A DNA stretch of 63,842 nucleotides, filler included, from Octopus bimaculoides (Eukaryota): the NCBI RefSeq assembly GCF_001194135.2. It is 6 parts of 6 records of this genome, joined end to end, with 100 filler letters (N's around TTAATTAATTAA, not from the genome) between each part and the next. Parts side by side here need not be neighbours in the genome. Positions count along the whole stretch, not along the records: positions 49,573 to 57,106 come from NC_069000.1; positions 57,207 to 63,842 come from NC_069008.1; 4 more parts are not named here. One strand, given 5' to 3'. Made by a program: the position numbers and the translations under genes. How positions within the stretch are numbered: the stretch's first letter is position 1; each line of letters begins with the position of its first letter. Below the pieces are notes generated by a model that was not told the DNA's origin, searched no databases, and was given only the letters and a program-made list of their open reading frames with translations. This document shows, piece after piece, positions 49,473 through 61,547 of the stretch.

Positions 49473-49572
49473 NNNNNNNNNNNNNNNNNNNNNNNNNNNN
49501 NNNNNNNNNNNNNNNNTTAATTAATTAANNNNNNNNNNNNNNNNNNNNNNNNNNNNNNNNNNNNNNNNNNNN

Positions 49573-49631
<59 letters not shown>

Positions 49632-50519
49632 TACACACATGTGCATATGATGATAATGGATCTTTGGTATTTGTGAATGAGGCTTCAGTTATTCTATTGA
49701 GTGAAATATCTGCTCTTGAATTTACCCGTAAGTAGTTGAGCATTCCAAAAACACCTGTACCCTTAACACAATGTGCTGGCCAAATCAGTAGAATACAATG
49801 CTATGCATTTTGAAGTGTTATGTTTTGAATTCTCCACCCATTATGGTGCCTCCCCCTCCTCTCATGTGTTATGCCTGCCACTTCTCCCTCTGCTGCAGTG
49901 TCGAAGACTACCCATCAATATCATATCTCACTTGCCCTTCCCTATCCACTCAGTAATTGTATCAATTTTAAAAACACCTGGTGCATATCATCCACCAACT
50001 GACCACAACTCATGTGCATCCCTCTCTCTTCCCCAGTTCATGGTCCTTGCCTCATCCACCCTACAACTCCACCCAATTTGGCAGTTCGCCTCCCACCCTT
50101 CATTCATCTTCCCATACAATCTAGCAAACCCCTCATCCACCCTCTTGTGCTCAGTTTGTGCCTTGTGAGGCAACCTGAGCATTTTATCTACACACACACA
50201 CATATATATATATCAAACCGTCCAACCCATGCCAGCATGAAAGGCAGACATTAAACGATGATGAAAATGATGCTGGTGTGTTGACAACTGATGCTGGTGT
50301 GTTGACAACTGATGTTGGTGTATTTACATCCCCGTAATTTAGTGGTTTGGCAAAACAGATCGATAGAATAAGTAGTAGGCTTACAAAGAATAAGCCCTGA
50401 GGTCAATTTACTCAACTAAAGGCGGTGCTCCAGCATGGCCACAGTCAATGACTGAAACAAGTAAAGAGTTTAACAAAAAATTATTCATAAAGGATTTAAT
50501 GGGAAACAATAATATATTG

Positions 50520-51530
50520 GAATGAGAAATGAAAATAATCATGGGATTATGATATCATACAACTCCTAGTGTTTGATGTATGATCCTCCACATGCAATAA
50601 CCTTCCTTACGTGTTAATCCATTGAATTTGTCGAGGTGATGATACCTTCTTGTGTCATGCTTTGAGCAGCAACTACAATAGAATCCCAGAGAGCAACTTT
50701 ACTTGAAAACTGCAGTCCATCTTGGTAAATGTGCCTCTTCAGGACACTCCACAGGTTCTTGATTGGTTTTTAAGTCAAGGAAACAAGGTGACCACTCCAT
50801 CAAATGACCTCCAGAGAAGCCTGTTTGCTGCAGATATTCCTTAAAATTCTTTGCTGCATGAGATGGGGCATTAATTTGCATGAAAACCAGCTTTCTCTTG
50901 AATGGAAGTTTTTTACTTTTTGAACCACGGTTGGAAATTGTCCTTTCAGGAGGTAACATGTGTTTTCGACGTCATCTTAAATGTCATCTGGGACTTTCCA
51001 TGGCCTGACCATCATACCACCAAAACATGACCTGATTTCCCCACTGTTGGTGTCTCAACCAATGAGGATAGTTCCCGCTGATTGATACCCAACCTTTACT
51101 CCTGCCATCTGGTCCATTAAGAGAAGCATGACATTTGTCAGTGAACAGAACTGTTGAAAAAATCTATCTTAATGTATTCTTCTGCCCATTTCAATCTTTT
51201 CTGCTCAGAGGGGGCCTTGTAACAGGTTTAACATTCCTGGCTGCCTGCTTCAACAGGCGACACTTGGTAATTTTTGGTACGTCTTCCCTGCCACAATGTT
51301 TGAAGACTTCTCTACTTGTCAGGCATGGCTTCTACACAACTTCCCTTTTCACATGTGACAAAATTCGATTCAAAGCAACCCTCGACTTACCTTGTCTGCC
51401 CTCAACCGAAATAGGAGACTGTGCAAATTTCTTCACTGTTCAGTGATCTTTTCCAAGTATTTTTGATATTTCCTTTTCGAAGCTCTGACACGACAGTAGA
51501 CTTCTCATTCGACAAGATACTGGTCTATGG
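50520..51530 (-). mobile_element. Decayed Tc1-family transposase
   Basis: LKWAEEY, VLFTDKCHASLNGPDG..GW, FMQINAPSHAAK, LMEWSPCFLDL; TIRs not identified. Confidence 0.75.
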
Positions 51531-51543
51531 CAGGATTACGTAA

Positions 51544-51574
<31 letters not shown>

Positions 51575-51826
51575 TGTATGTATGTATGTATGCATGCATG
51601 TATGTATGTATGTATGTATGTATGTATGTATGTATGTATGTATGCATGCATGTTTGTGCATAGCCATAATTCAAAAAAGAGTCACTATCTTTTTCTTCTA
51701 CAACTGCCAACTCTGATGAATGCAGGGCTACAGATATGTTATCTAACATGCAGTTGAACATCCAGTGTGAAACAGCTTGCTAAGATTGGGCATAATGGAT
51801 ATATTATACTGTACACTTCAATTATT

Positions 51827-51904
<78 letters not shown>

Positions 51905-52425
51905 AAGAGAGAGAGAGATATGACAGATAGACAGGCTAATAAACAGAAAAGATGGTGTGTGTGTGAGAGAGAGAGAGAACTACATTGTCCAATGTTCCCT
52001 TCTATTTTTAAGAGGGTAGTGTATAATTTTAGTCAATTGGACTGACTGCTATTTTGAGCAGGTTGAGTAATGACTTAAAACTTGCCTTACTAGCTTGTTT
52101 CTTCTCTTGTTATAGTTGTTGTTCTCATTGCTGCTGCTGCTGCAGTTGTTGTTACTGACATCCAGATAAGAGAGATGAATGATGAAGAAAGGTGCCAAAC
52201 ACCCTCATTTAGCAAATAAGATGAAATATAGAATGTAAAAGTGAAGAATAGTAGCAGCAGTAGTAGCAGTAGCAGCAGCAGTAGCAGTAGCAGCAGCAGT
52301 TATGTGTTAGAGATATGGGATGTGGATAATAAATCTTTCTCCGAACTCAACTTTTCCAATCTTGTTGAAACAAACAACTGCATTAGTATTCAATCTGGTG
52401 ATCCACTATTTCAAACCCTCCCCCA

Positions 52426-52439
52426 TAATAATAATAATA

Positions 52440-52503
<64 letters not shown>

Positions 52504-52554
52504 GTAATAATAATAATAATAGTAGTAACAACAACAATAACAACAACAACAACC

Positions 52555-52585
<31 letters not shown>

Positions 52586-52615
52586 TATTATTATTATTAT
52601 TATGATGACTATTAT
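52426..52615. repeat. (AAT)n(AAC)n(ATT)n compound microsatellite
   Basis: Direct reading; immediately precedes the SINE cluster. Confidence 0.95.
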
Positions 52616-53716
52616 TAAGGTGATGAGCTGGCAGAAACGTTAGCATGCCGGACAAAATGCTGCTAAGTATTTTGTCCGTCCTTATGTTCTGAGTTCAAAT
52701 TCTGCCGAGGTAGACTTTGCCTTTCATCCTTTCGCGGTCACTAAATTAAGTACAAGTTGAACACTGATGTTGATGTAATCGACTATCCCTTTTCCCACGA
52801 ATTTCAGGTCTTGTGCCTATAATAGAAAAGATTATTATTATTTAAGGCAGCAAACTGCCAGAATTGTTTGCATGCCAGACAAAATGCTTACTGGCATTTC
52901 TTTCGGTATTATGCTTTGAGTTCCATCAAGGTCAACTTGACGTTTCGTCCTTTCAGAGTTCACGACATAAGTTCAATTTGAACACTGGGGTTGATGTAAC
53001 TGACTAACCTTGTGCCAAAATCAGAAATAATAATCATTATTTCTATGAAGGTGGTGAGCTGGCAGAATGCTTAGTGGTATTTCATCTGCCATTATGTTCT
53101 GAGTTCAAATTCCGCCGAGGTCGACTTTACCTTTCATTCTTTTGGGGTCGATAAATTAAGTACCATTTGTGCTCTGGGGTCAATGTAATCAACTTAATCT
53201 CTTTGTCTGTCCTTGTTTGTCCCCTCTGTGTTTAGCCACTTGTGGGCAATAAAGAAATAAGATACATTAGCATGCAGGACAAGATGCTTAGTGGCATTTC
53301 TTTTAGATTTATGCTTAGAGTTCAAATTCCATCAAGGGTCGACTTTGTCTTTCATCCTTTTGGGATTGATGAAATAAATACAATTTGGACAATTTGGACA
53401 TGGGCTTATGGCATAGTGGTTAAGAGAAGAGCGCAGGCTACTAACCTCAAGATTCTGAGTTCGATTCCAGGCAGTGACCTAAATTATTATAATAATAATA
53501 ATAATAATAATAGTAACGGGCGAAATGCTTAGTGGTATTTTGTCTGCCATTACATTCTGAGTTCAAATTCCGCCGAGACCGACTTTGCCTTTCATCCTTT
53601 CGGGGTCGATAAATTAAGTACCAGTTATGCACTGGGGTCGATGTAATCGACTTAATCCCTTTGTCTGTCCTTGTTTGTCCCCTCTATGTTTAGCCCCTTG
53701 TGGGCAATAAAGAAAT
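52616..53716 (+). mobile_element. Head-to-tail cluster of five family C SINEs plus one tRNA-like head
   Basis: Copies at about 52616-52835, 52842-53030, 53048-53261, 53265-53385, 53517-53716, each with GAGTTCAAATTC B-box and GTCGACTTTGCCTTTCATCC core; tRNA-like piece at 53402-53480. Confidence 0.85.
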
Positions 53717-53782
53717 GATAATAATAATAATAACAACGAAAAATACCTTAGGAATGAGAACCCAGGTTCGAAATTTCCTCAA

Positions 53783-53828
53783 GACACCTGATGAAGGCTG
53801 GAGAGTATATCAGCTGAAACGTTGTGTT
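53783..53828 (+). ncRNA. Second copy of the same minimal hammerhead (element about 53735-53890)
   Basis: Same layout; stem II GGCUG/CAGCU (G-U closing pair). Confidence 0.65.
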
Positions 53829-54026
53829 AACAACAAACAAGATGAGAACAAATATCCGTCAAATGTAAATAAGGTAATTAATGTAAATAATATATATATA
53901 TATATATATGTATATAAGTACATGCATACGTATATATGTATCTATATAGCTAGAGAGCTAGCTATATAGATAAGCATATATATATATAATATGCATGTAC
54001 ATGTTTATAAAAAATTGTACACACAC

Positions 54027-54068
<42 letters not shown>

Positions 54069-54365
54069 GAATTGAAAGAGAGATAGATAGACAGACAAAC
54101 AGAAAGATAGATAAATAAACAGATAGCTATATGTCACAAGACCACTAGAACTTACTAACTAATTACTATCTAGCTCAATAATTCTAATGTCATTAAAACC
54201 TTTGATGTAATAAATAAAAATGAATAAATAAAATTTCCATATAAATCTAATTAAATACCATAAAAAGTTACTGAATATCAAACCAAACCACAAAAGAAGC
54301 AATAAGACTACTCAGACTTGTACTAGAAAACAGAGAATCCTTAAAACAGCAAAATGTATATACAC

Positions 54366-54403
<38 letters not shown>

Positions 54404-54629
54404 NNNNNNNNNNNNNNNNNNNNNNNNNNNNNNNNNNNNNNNNNNNNNNNNNNNNNNNNNNNNNNNNNNNNNNNNNNNNNNNNNNNNNNNNNNNNNNNNN
54501 NNNNNNNNNNNNNNNNNNNNNNNNNNNNNNNNNNNNNNNNNNNNNNNNNNNNNNNNNNNNNNNNNNNNNNNNNNNNNNNNNNNNNNNNNNNNNNNNNNNN
54601 NNNNNNNNNNNNNNNNNNNNNNNNNNNNN

Positions 54630-54671
<42 letters not shown>

Positions 54672-55192
54672 CATATATATATATATGTATATATATTCTT
54701 TTATTCCCTTACTGGTTTCAGCCAGAGGCTGGGGCCATGCTGGAGCACTACCTTTCAGCATTTTAGGGTCTCTGTTTTTGGTGAAGAAGCAAGTTAGACA
54801 GAGTTACCCTTCTTTGTGCTTCCTGCTACGATGTGGGTTCATCTGGGATTGCAGATATCTTAGTTTCCTTGGAAGGATGTTATACAGTTCTGGTCCTCTG
54901 AAACCCAAGCTGCTGCAATACTGCAATATATATATAATGGACTTCCACACAGTTTCTGTCTACCAAACTCACTCACAAGAAGGTACAAGCCCAAGGTGCT
55001 CTGTACTGGGACTGAACTCAAAAACTAACTACTTGCAAATCACACTGATTATTAATCATACTACGAGTAAATTAACTCTTTTAACTTATCTCTTGAAATT
55101 AAAATTGAAGGATGTGGAAGGTGTGGTAGAAGGTACTAGATACTGAGGGAAAAAAAGGGTAAAATATGTAATTATGTAAATTATAAAAGGCC

Positions 55193-55241
<49 letters not shown>

Positions 55242-56287
55242 TGTGTGTGTAAGTGTTTGTGTGTATGTGTTTAGATTACTCAATAAACATGCCGAAAGAA
55301 GGAAAAAAAATTTAACAAATTAATCTAAAAAATAACATGAAATGCTAAGCAAATGAATAAATATTTATGCATATGTTTATTTGTGCAGGTGAGGTGAAGT
55401 GGGATTATGAAGGCTGGTTATATATAACTTGAAGATTTGCCAATACAAGTGCTTTAAATTGCCTCTGGCAGTTGAAAAATGCTGGAGGGCTTTCAAAGGT
55501 TTACTTANNNNNNNNNNNNNNNNNNNNNNNNNNNNNNNNNNNNNNNNNNNNNNNNNNNNNNNNNNNNNNNNNNNNNNNNNNNNNNNNNNNNNNNNNNNNN
55601 NNNNNNNNNNNNNNNNNNNNNNNNNNNNNNNNNNNNNNNNNNNNNNNNNNNNNNNNNNNNNNNNNNNNNNNNNNNNNNNNNNNNNNNNNNNNNNNNNNNN
55701 NNNNNNNNNNNNNNNNNNNNNNNNNNNNNNNNNNNNNNNNNNNNNNNNNNNNNNNNNNNNNNNNNNNNNNNNNNNNNNNNNNNNNNNNNNNNNNNNNNNN
55801 NNNNNNNNNNNNNNNNNNNNNNNNNNNNNNNNNNNNNNNNNNNNNNNNNNNNNNNNNNNNNNNNNNNNNNNNNNNNNNNNNNNNNNNNNNNNNNNNNNNN
55901 NNNNNNNNNNNNNNNNNNNNNNNNNNNNNNNNNNNNNNNNNNNNNNNNNNNNNNNNNNNNNNNNNNNNNNNNNNNNNNNNNNNNNNNNNNNNNNNNNNNN
56001 NNNNNNNNNNNNNNNNNNNNNNNNNNNNNNNNNNNNNNNNNNNNNNNNNNNNNNNNNNNNNNNNNNNNNNNNNNNNNNNNNNNNNNNNNNNNNNNNNNNN
56101 NNNNNNNNNNNNNNNNNNNNNNNNNNNNNNNNNNNNNNNNNNNNNNNNNNNNNNNNNNNNNNNNNNNNNNNNNNNNNNNNNNNNNNNNNNNNNNNNNNNN
56201 NNNNNNNNNNNNNNNNNNNNNNNNNNNNNNNNNNNNNGTGTGTGTGTACCTATACATGTGCATACACACATACACATACATATATGT

Positions 56288-56600
56288 ATCATCATCATCA
56301 TCACCATCATCATTGTTTAACGTTCGCTTTCCATGCTAGCATGGGTTGGACGATTTAACTGAGGACTGGCGAACCAGATGGCTACACCAGGCTCCAATCT
56401 GATCTGGCAATGTTTCTACAGCTGGATGCCCTTCCTAACGCCAACCATTCCGAGAGTGTAGTGGTTGCTCTTACGTGCCACCAGCATGAGGGTCAGTCAG
56501 GCTGTACTGGCAACAGCCATGCACAAAATGGTATTTTTTACATGCCACCTGCACAGGAGCCAGTCCAGCAGCACTGGCAACAACCTCGCTCGAATGATTT
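56288..56600 (-). mobile_element. Retroposon family E 3' part with (GAT)n tail (RTE-like)
   Basis: CCAACCCATGCTAGCATGGAAAGCGAACGTTAAAC plus (GAT)n; same tail at 50213-50267 (+). Confidence 0.65.
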
Positions 56601-56702
56601 TCTAACGTTTACAATTAAGTGTAATCAGCAGAATCACATGCGCGTTCACCACCAGTGGGGAACAACTTGTATGAGATTCTGAAAATTATATTTACCTTAC
56701 AG

Positions 56703-56729
56703 TTCGTGCTGACGAGAAACATATTTTCA
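56703..56729 (+). other. Candidate 27-nt symmetric microexon
   Basis: TTTACCTTACAG|27 nt|GTAAGA; open in phase 0 (FVLTRNIFS) and phase 1 (xRADEKHIFx). Confidence 0.25.
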
Positions 56730-57208
56730 GTAAGAGAATATTAATTTCAAAACTATAGTTCACGGATAATTTATATTTATGTAATTTTCACTGTCTTGCC
56801 CACATACGTTTTGGTACTTCGCTGAATTTCATTTGAGAACAATTAGGTCTTAGCAGACACATTACATGTGATCTTCTTCTAGCACATTAACAGTCCACCT
56901 AGTGGTCTTCTTTATATATACACACATATATATATATATATATATATAATTAACAACAGGCTGGAGATTGGCAATCAATATGTTATTTAGCCACATCTGG
57001 ACGTGTGTAGGTTCATTCTTAATAACATGCTCATGTATTGTTTATAACAAAAAAAAAAAAAGAGAGAAGCTGCACGTATAACACATAACTTAGAAGCAGC
57101 GCTACANNNNNNNNNNNNNNNNNNNNNNNNNNNNNNNNNNNNNNNNNNNNTTAATTAATTAANNNNNNNNNNNNNNNNNNNNNNNNNNNNNNNNNNNNNN
57201 NNNNNNTA

Positions 57209-57373
57209 TTAGTATAGCTTTCATTACCAAATTTAGGGGTAGACCTTCCTAAATTGTCCCTACATTCAGACACACATGAATACATTCTGAAAATATTCAT
57301 ACATATATCTATATATACAAAGACACAGACATCCATTTCTTGTTTTCTCTCTAGGACGTAGTGTCAGTCATTT
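57209..57373. repeat. Left arm of a 165-bp inverted repeat (partner 59776-59940)
   Basis: Reverse complement matches 59776-59940 at 161/165 by eye; also seen as near-identical ORF-track peptides MDVCVFVYIDIC and MDICVFVYIDIC. Confidence 0.9.
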
Positions 57374-57693
57374 GACTGTGGCCATACTGGAGCACCGCAT
57401 TTAGTTGAACAAATTGACCCTTGGACTTATTCTTTGTAAGCCTAGTACCTATTGTATCATTCGCTTTTGCCGAACTGCTAAGTTACGGGGATGTGAACAC
57501 ACCAATATTGGTTGTCAAGCGATGGTGATGTGGACAAACAAAACATACACATACATATATAAGACGGGCTTCTTTCAGTTTCCCTCTATCAAATCCACTC
57601 ACAAGGCCATGTTAGAAAAAACTCGCCCAAGGTGCCACGCAGTGGAACTGAACCACAGACCTTGTGGTTGATATGCAAGCTTCTTACCACACG
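57367..57693 (-). mobile_element. SINE family A, tail clipped at the inverted-repeat arm
   Basis: Reverse-complement match; joins the inverted repeat at C(A/G)GTCATTT. Confidence 0.8.
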
Positions 57694-57747
57694 ATATTTT
57701 AAAAAATGTTTCAAATTGTGTAGATTACCATTTTATATGACTTTATA

Positions 57748-58680
57748 TCATCTGAGACTTACTTGTCTGATGTTGTCTGGCCACCCATAGGTAATTGTTT
57801 CCATCAGTGTAGCCAAAGTAGAGTCTCTGCTGGTGAACTCAGACAGTTGGTAACGTTTGTTGATGGAAAAATTGACAAGGTCAAATTCAGATTGCTGGNN
57901 NNNNNNNNNNNNNNNNNNNNNNNNNNNNNNNNNNNNNNNNNNNNNNNNNNNNNNNNNNNNNNNNNNNNNNNNNNNNNNNNNNNNNNNNNNNNNNNNNNNN
58001 NNNNNNNNNNNNNNNNNNNNNNNNNNNNNNNNNNNNNNNNNNNNNNNNNNNNNNNNNNNNNNNNNNNNNNNNNNNNNNNNNNNNNNNNNNNNNNNNNNNN
58101 NNNNNNNNNNNNNNNNNNNNNNNNNNNNNNNNNNNNNNNNNNNNNGGAATACCACAACCAGCATTTCACGATCGATGTTTGGATAGTTTGACTGACTTTT
58201 GTCAAGGGCTTTCGGTGCAAATGCCACAGGTTTGCCATCTTGTATGATAACTGCTGTGAATCCTTTCAAAGACCTGTCTACCTCGAGTTCTGTTGGTTTC
58301 TTTAGGTCAAAGAACCTGAGGTTTGATTTCTCTGATATGGTTGATTTGAGTTTTCCAAAACAGTGTATGTGGTCTTCAGACATCTCAAATGGTATATTTT
58401 TCTTGAGGAGCTCCCTTAATGGTTGTGCTTCCACGATGAAGTTTGGAATTGATGTTGCAAAGTAATTCTTCATTCCCAAGAACTTCAGGAGCTCTTCCTT
58501 GTTTTCTGGAACAGACATGTTTCAAACGTCCTGACCTTTTGCTGGGTCTGGCCTGAGGCCATCTTTAGAATAAATATTTCCAAAGAAAGAGAGATTTCAT
58601 GATGACAAATGTAGCGTTTGTCTGAGTTGAATACCAATCCAGATTCCTTTGCTTTTACATGCCTACTTTTTCTTCTGTGC
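57748..58680 (-). mobile_element. Ty3/Gypsy LTR-retrotransposon pol fragment (RT C-terminus, connection, RNase H), frameshifted
   Basis: AKESGLVFNSDK, FLGMKNYF...PLRELLKK, FFDLKKPTELEVDRSLKG...QDGKPVAFAPKALDKSQSNYPNIDREMLVVVF, LMETITYGWPD; no LTRs seen. Confidence 0.85.
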
Positions 58681-59364
58681 TTTTCTAGATTCACAAATCC
58701 TAGTGTATGCTTACATTCATTTAAAGAAGTTCAAATGGAATATTTTGGGAGTATCTCAGAAATTTCTACTAATCCAAAAATAGACCAAATTTGGAAAATG
58801 TGTCGTGTTCTTTTGCTCTTTCTGAGCAGTTCCTAATATTCCTAGGTTTATGTGTATATCTGTGGTTACAGAGCACCTGTAATGTTCAGTACAAATGAAA
58901 ATCTACAGACAACCAGGTCATGAGAGAGCTACTGGCAACCTGTAGTCTGCATACATGTTGTGTGTTTGGGACTGAACTAGCAACCATGCCTTCTAACTTG
59001 CAGCCAAACCTCACTCATCCTCCAATGTAGATAAAGGCACACATTGTGTGATGTGCATGTTTACATGTATAAGTCACAAAATTACATCACTAATCTGTAG
59101 CACAACCTCTCAGAAATATCAAATTATTCATCGATCGAATTACGCCTTCTTGCTCTTACATTCATCTTAAGAAGAAACGTAAGAGCTTCTCTAGGAAATA
59201 TCTACCTCACTCACTGCAACAACACAAAACGCTGGGCCATGAACATTGCAAGCCTTCCTAGGTTTGTGAAACTTCCAAACTCCTTTATGATTGCATATGC
59301 ATGTGTGCATAAATCAGGAGTCCTTTACATGCCAGGTATATACGTTAACCTTTCTCCTTCCTCT

Positions 59365-59620
59365 TATGACCCTGTATTGGGCCCACTGCTGTACGTATTG
59401 GTTCTCTCAGTGATGTAGTCAGCCACTCTCACCGCTGATGATGCTAAACTACCAAAGGCAGTGTAGGACCCTGATGAGAACTCAAACCCAAAGGAAGACA
59501 GCAATGCAACATACATTACTAAGAAAACAAAGTGGTCCAATGCCAAGAAATTTGAAGCACTCCACTATAAGCTCAGAAGCAAATTACATTGAGAAGAAAG
59601 AAGAGGGAATACATGTTGTC
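59365..59620 (+). mobile_element. Highly decayed CR1-type LINE RT fragment
   Basis: VLGPLLYVL, then (frameshift) TADDAKL, later W..NAKKFEALHY. Confidence 0.5.
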
Positions 59621-59775
59621 CCTAAGGAGAACACTTGTTCTAATTCGCCTGGATAGCTGCTCCTAATAAGGGTAGCTACAAAGTGTCAGTCCAAGAGTGG
59701 ACCATAAGGTTATCCAATGATGAAATACCAGGGTTTCCTTGGTGCAACAGATGAGCGAAATGGAGAGGACAAAAG

Positions 59776-59940
59776 AAATGACCGACACTACGTCCTAGAG
59801 AGAAAACAAGAAATGGATATCTGTGTCTTTGTATATATAGATATATGTATGAATATTTTCAGAATGTATTCATGTATGTCTGAATGTAGGGACAATTTAG
59901 GAAGGTCTACCCCTAAAATTGGTAATGAAAGCTATACTAA
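59776..59940. repeat. Right arm of a 165-bp inverted repeat (partner 57209-57373)
   Basis: See left arm. Confidence 0.9.
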
Positions 59941-60899
59941 CATGAGGATTGAACGCCAAAGTATCGTAACAAAGATCTTATACTTTCTATTGTCAGTAAG
60001 AAGCCAATACTGCAACAGTTTAGGGTTTCCAGGGCCCACAGCTTTTCAATATATCGACACAAAACCAGAAAGACCTATGAAGTGTAGGGGTGGATGTGCT
60101 CTAACAACGTATTCACCTTTTTATCTGAGAAACTAAACGAACCCACAGCCAAGAGAAACAGAAAGAAGAGCAGCTTTGTCCATCTAATTGCTTCATCAGA
60201 ACCAAATTTACACAGAGAAATAAGAAGCAAGCTTAAATAAACAAGCAAAGAGAAGATCAAAGCCCAGCATGAACAAAGGCCTTGGATGCAATTAATCAAT
60301 GAGAAGCAATCAAACATATATACATCCATATACAAATATATATATTTAGGTACATATAAAAACAAAGCCAGGAAGTTTGAGTGTTGAATAGATATTTATT
60401 TACCCACGTGACTTCCACGGGATTTCACAATCTTCTTCATGGAGGATATATTTTCAGAAAGCAAGAAACTGTGTGTTCATGTTTGCATTAACAGTTCTGT
60501 TCAGCATTATCCAATACAATTGTATATTCATAGAGAAATGGAAACAAAAAGGAAGCTTGTTCATCAGATCACTGGAATCTCTCTAGACTTACTCTTTTGT
60601 TCAATGTGTATGTATGTGTGCAACAATATGTACAAAGAAATATGCCTGTACATACACACACAATGACAAGGGGGTTTCCGTTGATCCGGTCAACAGAACA
60701 GCTCCCTTTTGAAATTAACATGTAAGTGGCTGAGTACTCCACAGACACGTACAGGGACGGCTAAAGATGTTGACTACAGAGATGTACAAAAACTCATTCA
60801 TAAAAATCCCGTTCCTCTAAAGGATGTTATCATCAGTCTTTCACAGACACAGACATTGAATTCCAAATTGCTGCTCATCTGGATTTCTCCACCATCTGC

Positions 60900-61190
60900 T
60901 CTCATCATGCTGCACTACCTCAGGGGTTTCTCCTGTTTGATATTTCAGCTTTAATGTCAATGGGCCTATTGTGTATACCTTTGTGTGTGTTTGTGTCCAA
61001 GTTTGCATGTGTCTGTGGAATGGCTTTAAGATTTGTCTAATCCAGTCGTTCCTAAAGTGCGAATATTTATGGTTATACAAATTATTTTCCACATAGAAAG
61101 AATCCTAACAAACTGCTTGTGCTCAGCAAAGCTATGCATATCACAGGTAAGTGGTTACGAAAAGGGTTGGCATCAGTAACAATACCTGAA
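60900..61190 (-). pseudogene. Degenerate zinc-finger remnants downstream of the ZNF ORF
   Basis: Minus-strand fragments in shifting frames: CGK*F, NNLYNHKYSH (cf. [10 protein letters not shown]), KPFH, THKGIH, TGETP; Cys pairs lost, with stops and frameshifts. Confidence 0.45.
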
Positions 61191-61547
61191 AANNNNNNNN
61201 NNNNNNNNNNNNNNNNNNNNNNNNNNNNNNNNNNNNNNNNNNNNNNNNNNNNNNNNNNNNNNNNNNNNNNNNNNNNNNNNNNNNNNNNNNNNNNNNNNNN
61301 NNNNNNNNNNNNNNNNNNNNNNNNNNNNNNNNNNNNNNNNNNNNNNNNNNNNNNNNNNNNNNNNNNNNNNNNNNNNNNNNNNNNNNNNNNNNNNNNNNNN
61401 NNNNNNNNNNNNNNNNNNNNNNNNNNNNNNNNNNNNNNNNNNNNNNNNNNNNNNNNNNNNNNNNNNNNNNNNNNNNNNNNNNNNNNNNNNNNNNNNNNNN
61501 NNNNNNNNNNNNNNNNNNNNNNNNNNNNNNNNNNNNNNNNNNNNNNN

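Noticed and set aside
53402-53480. Functional tRNA gene
   Set aside because: A and B boxes are present but acceptor and anticodon stems do not pair and there is no T-run terminator; SINE head or tRNA pseudogene.
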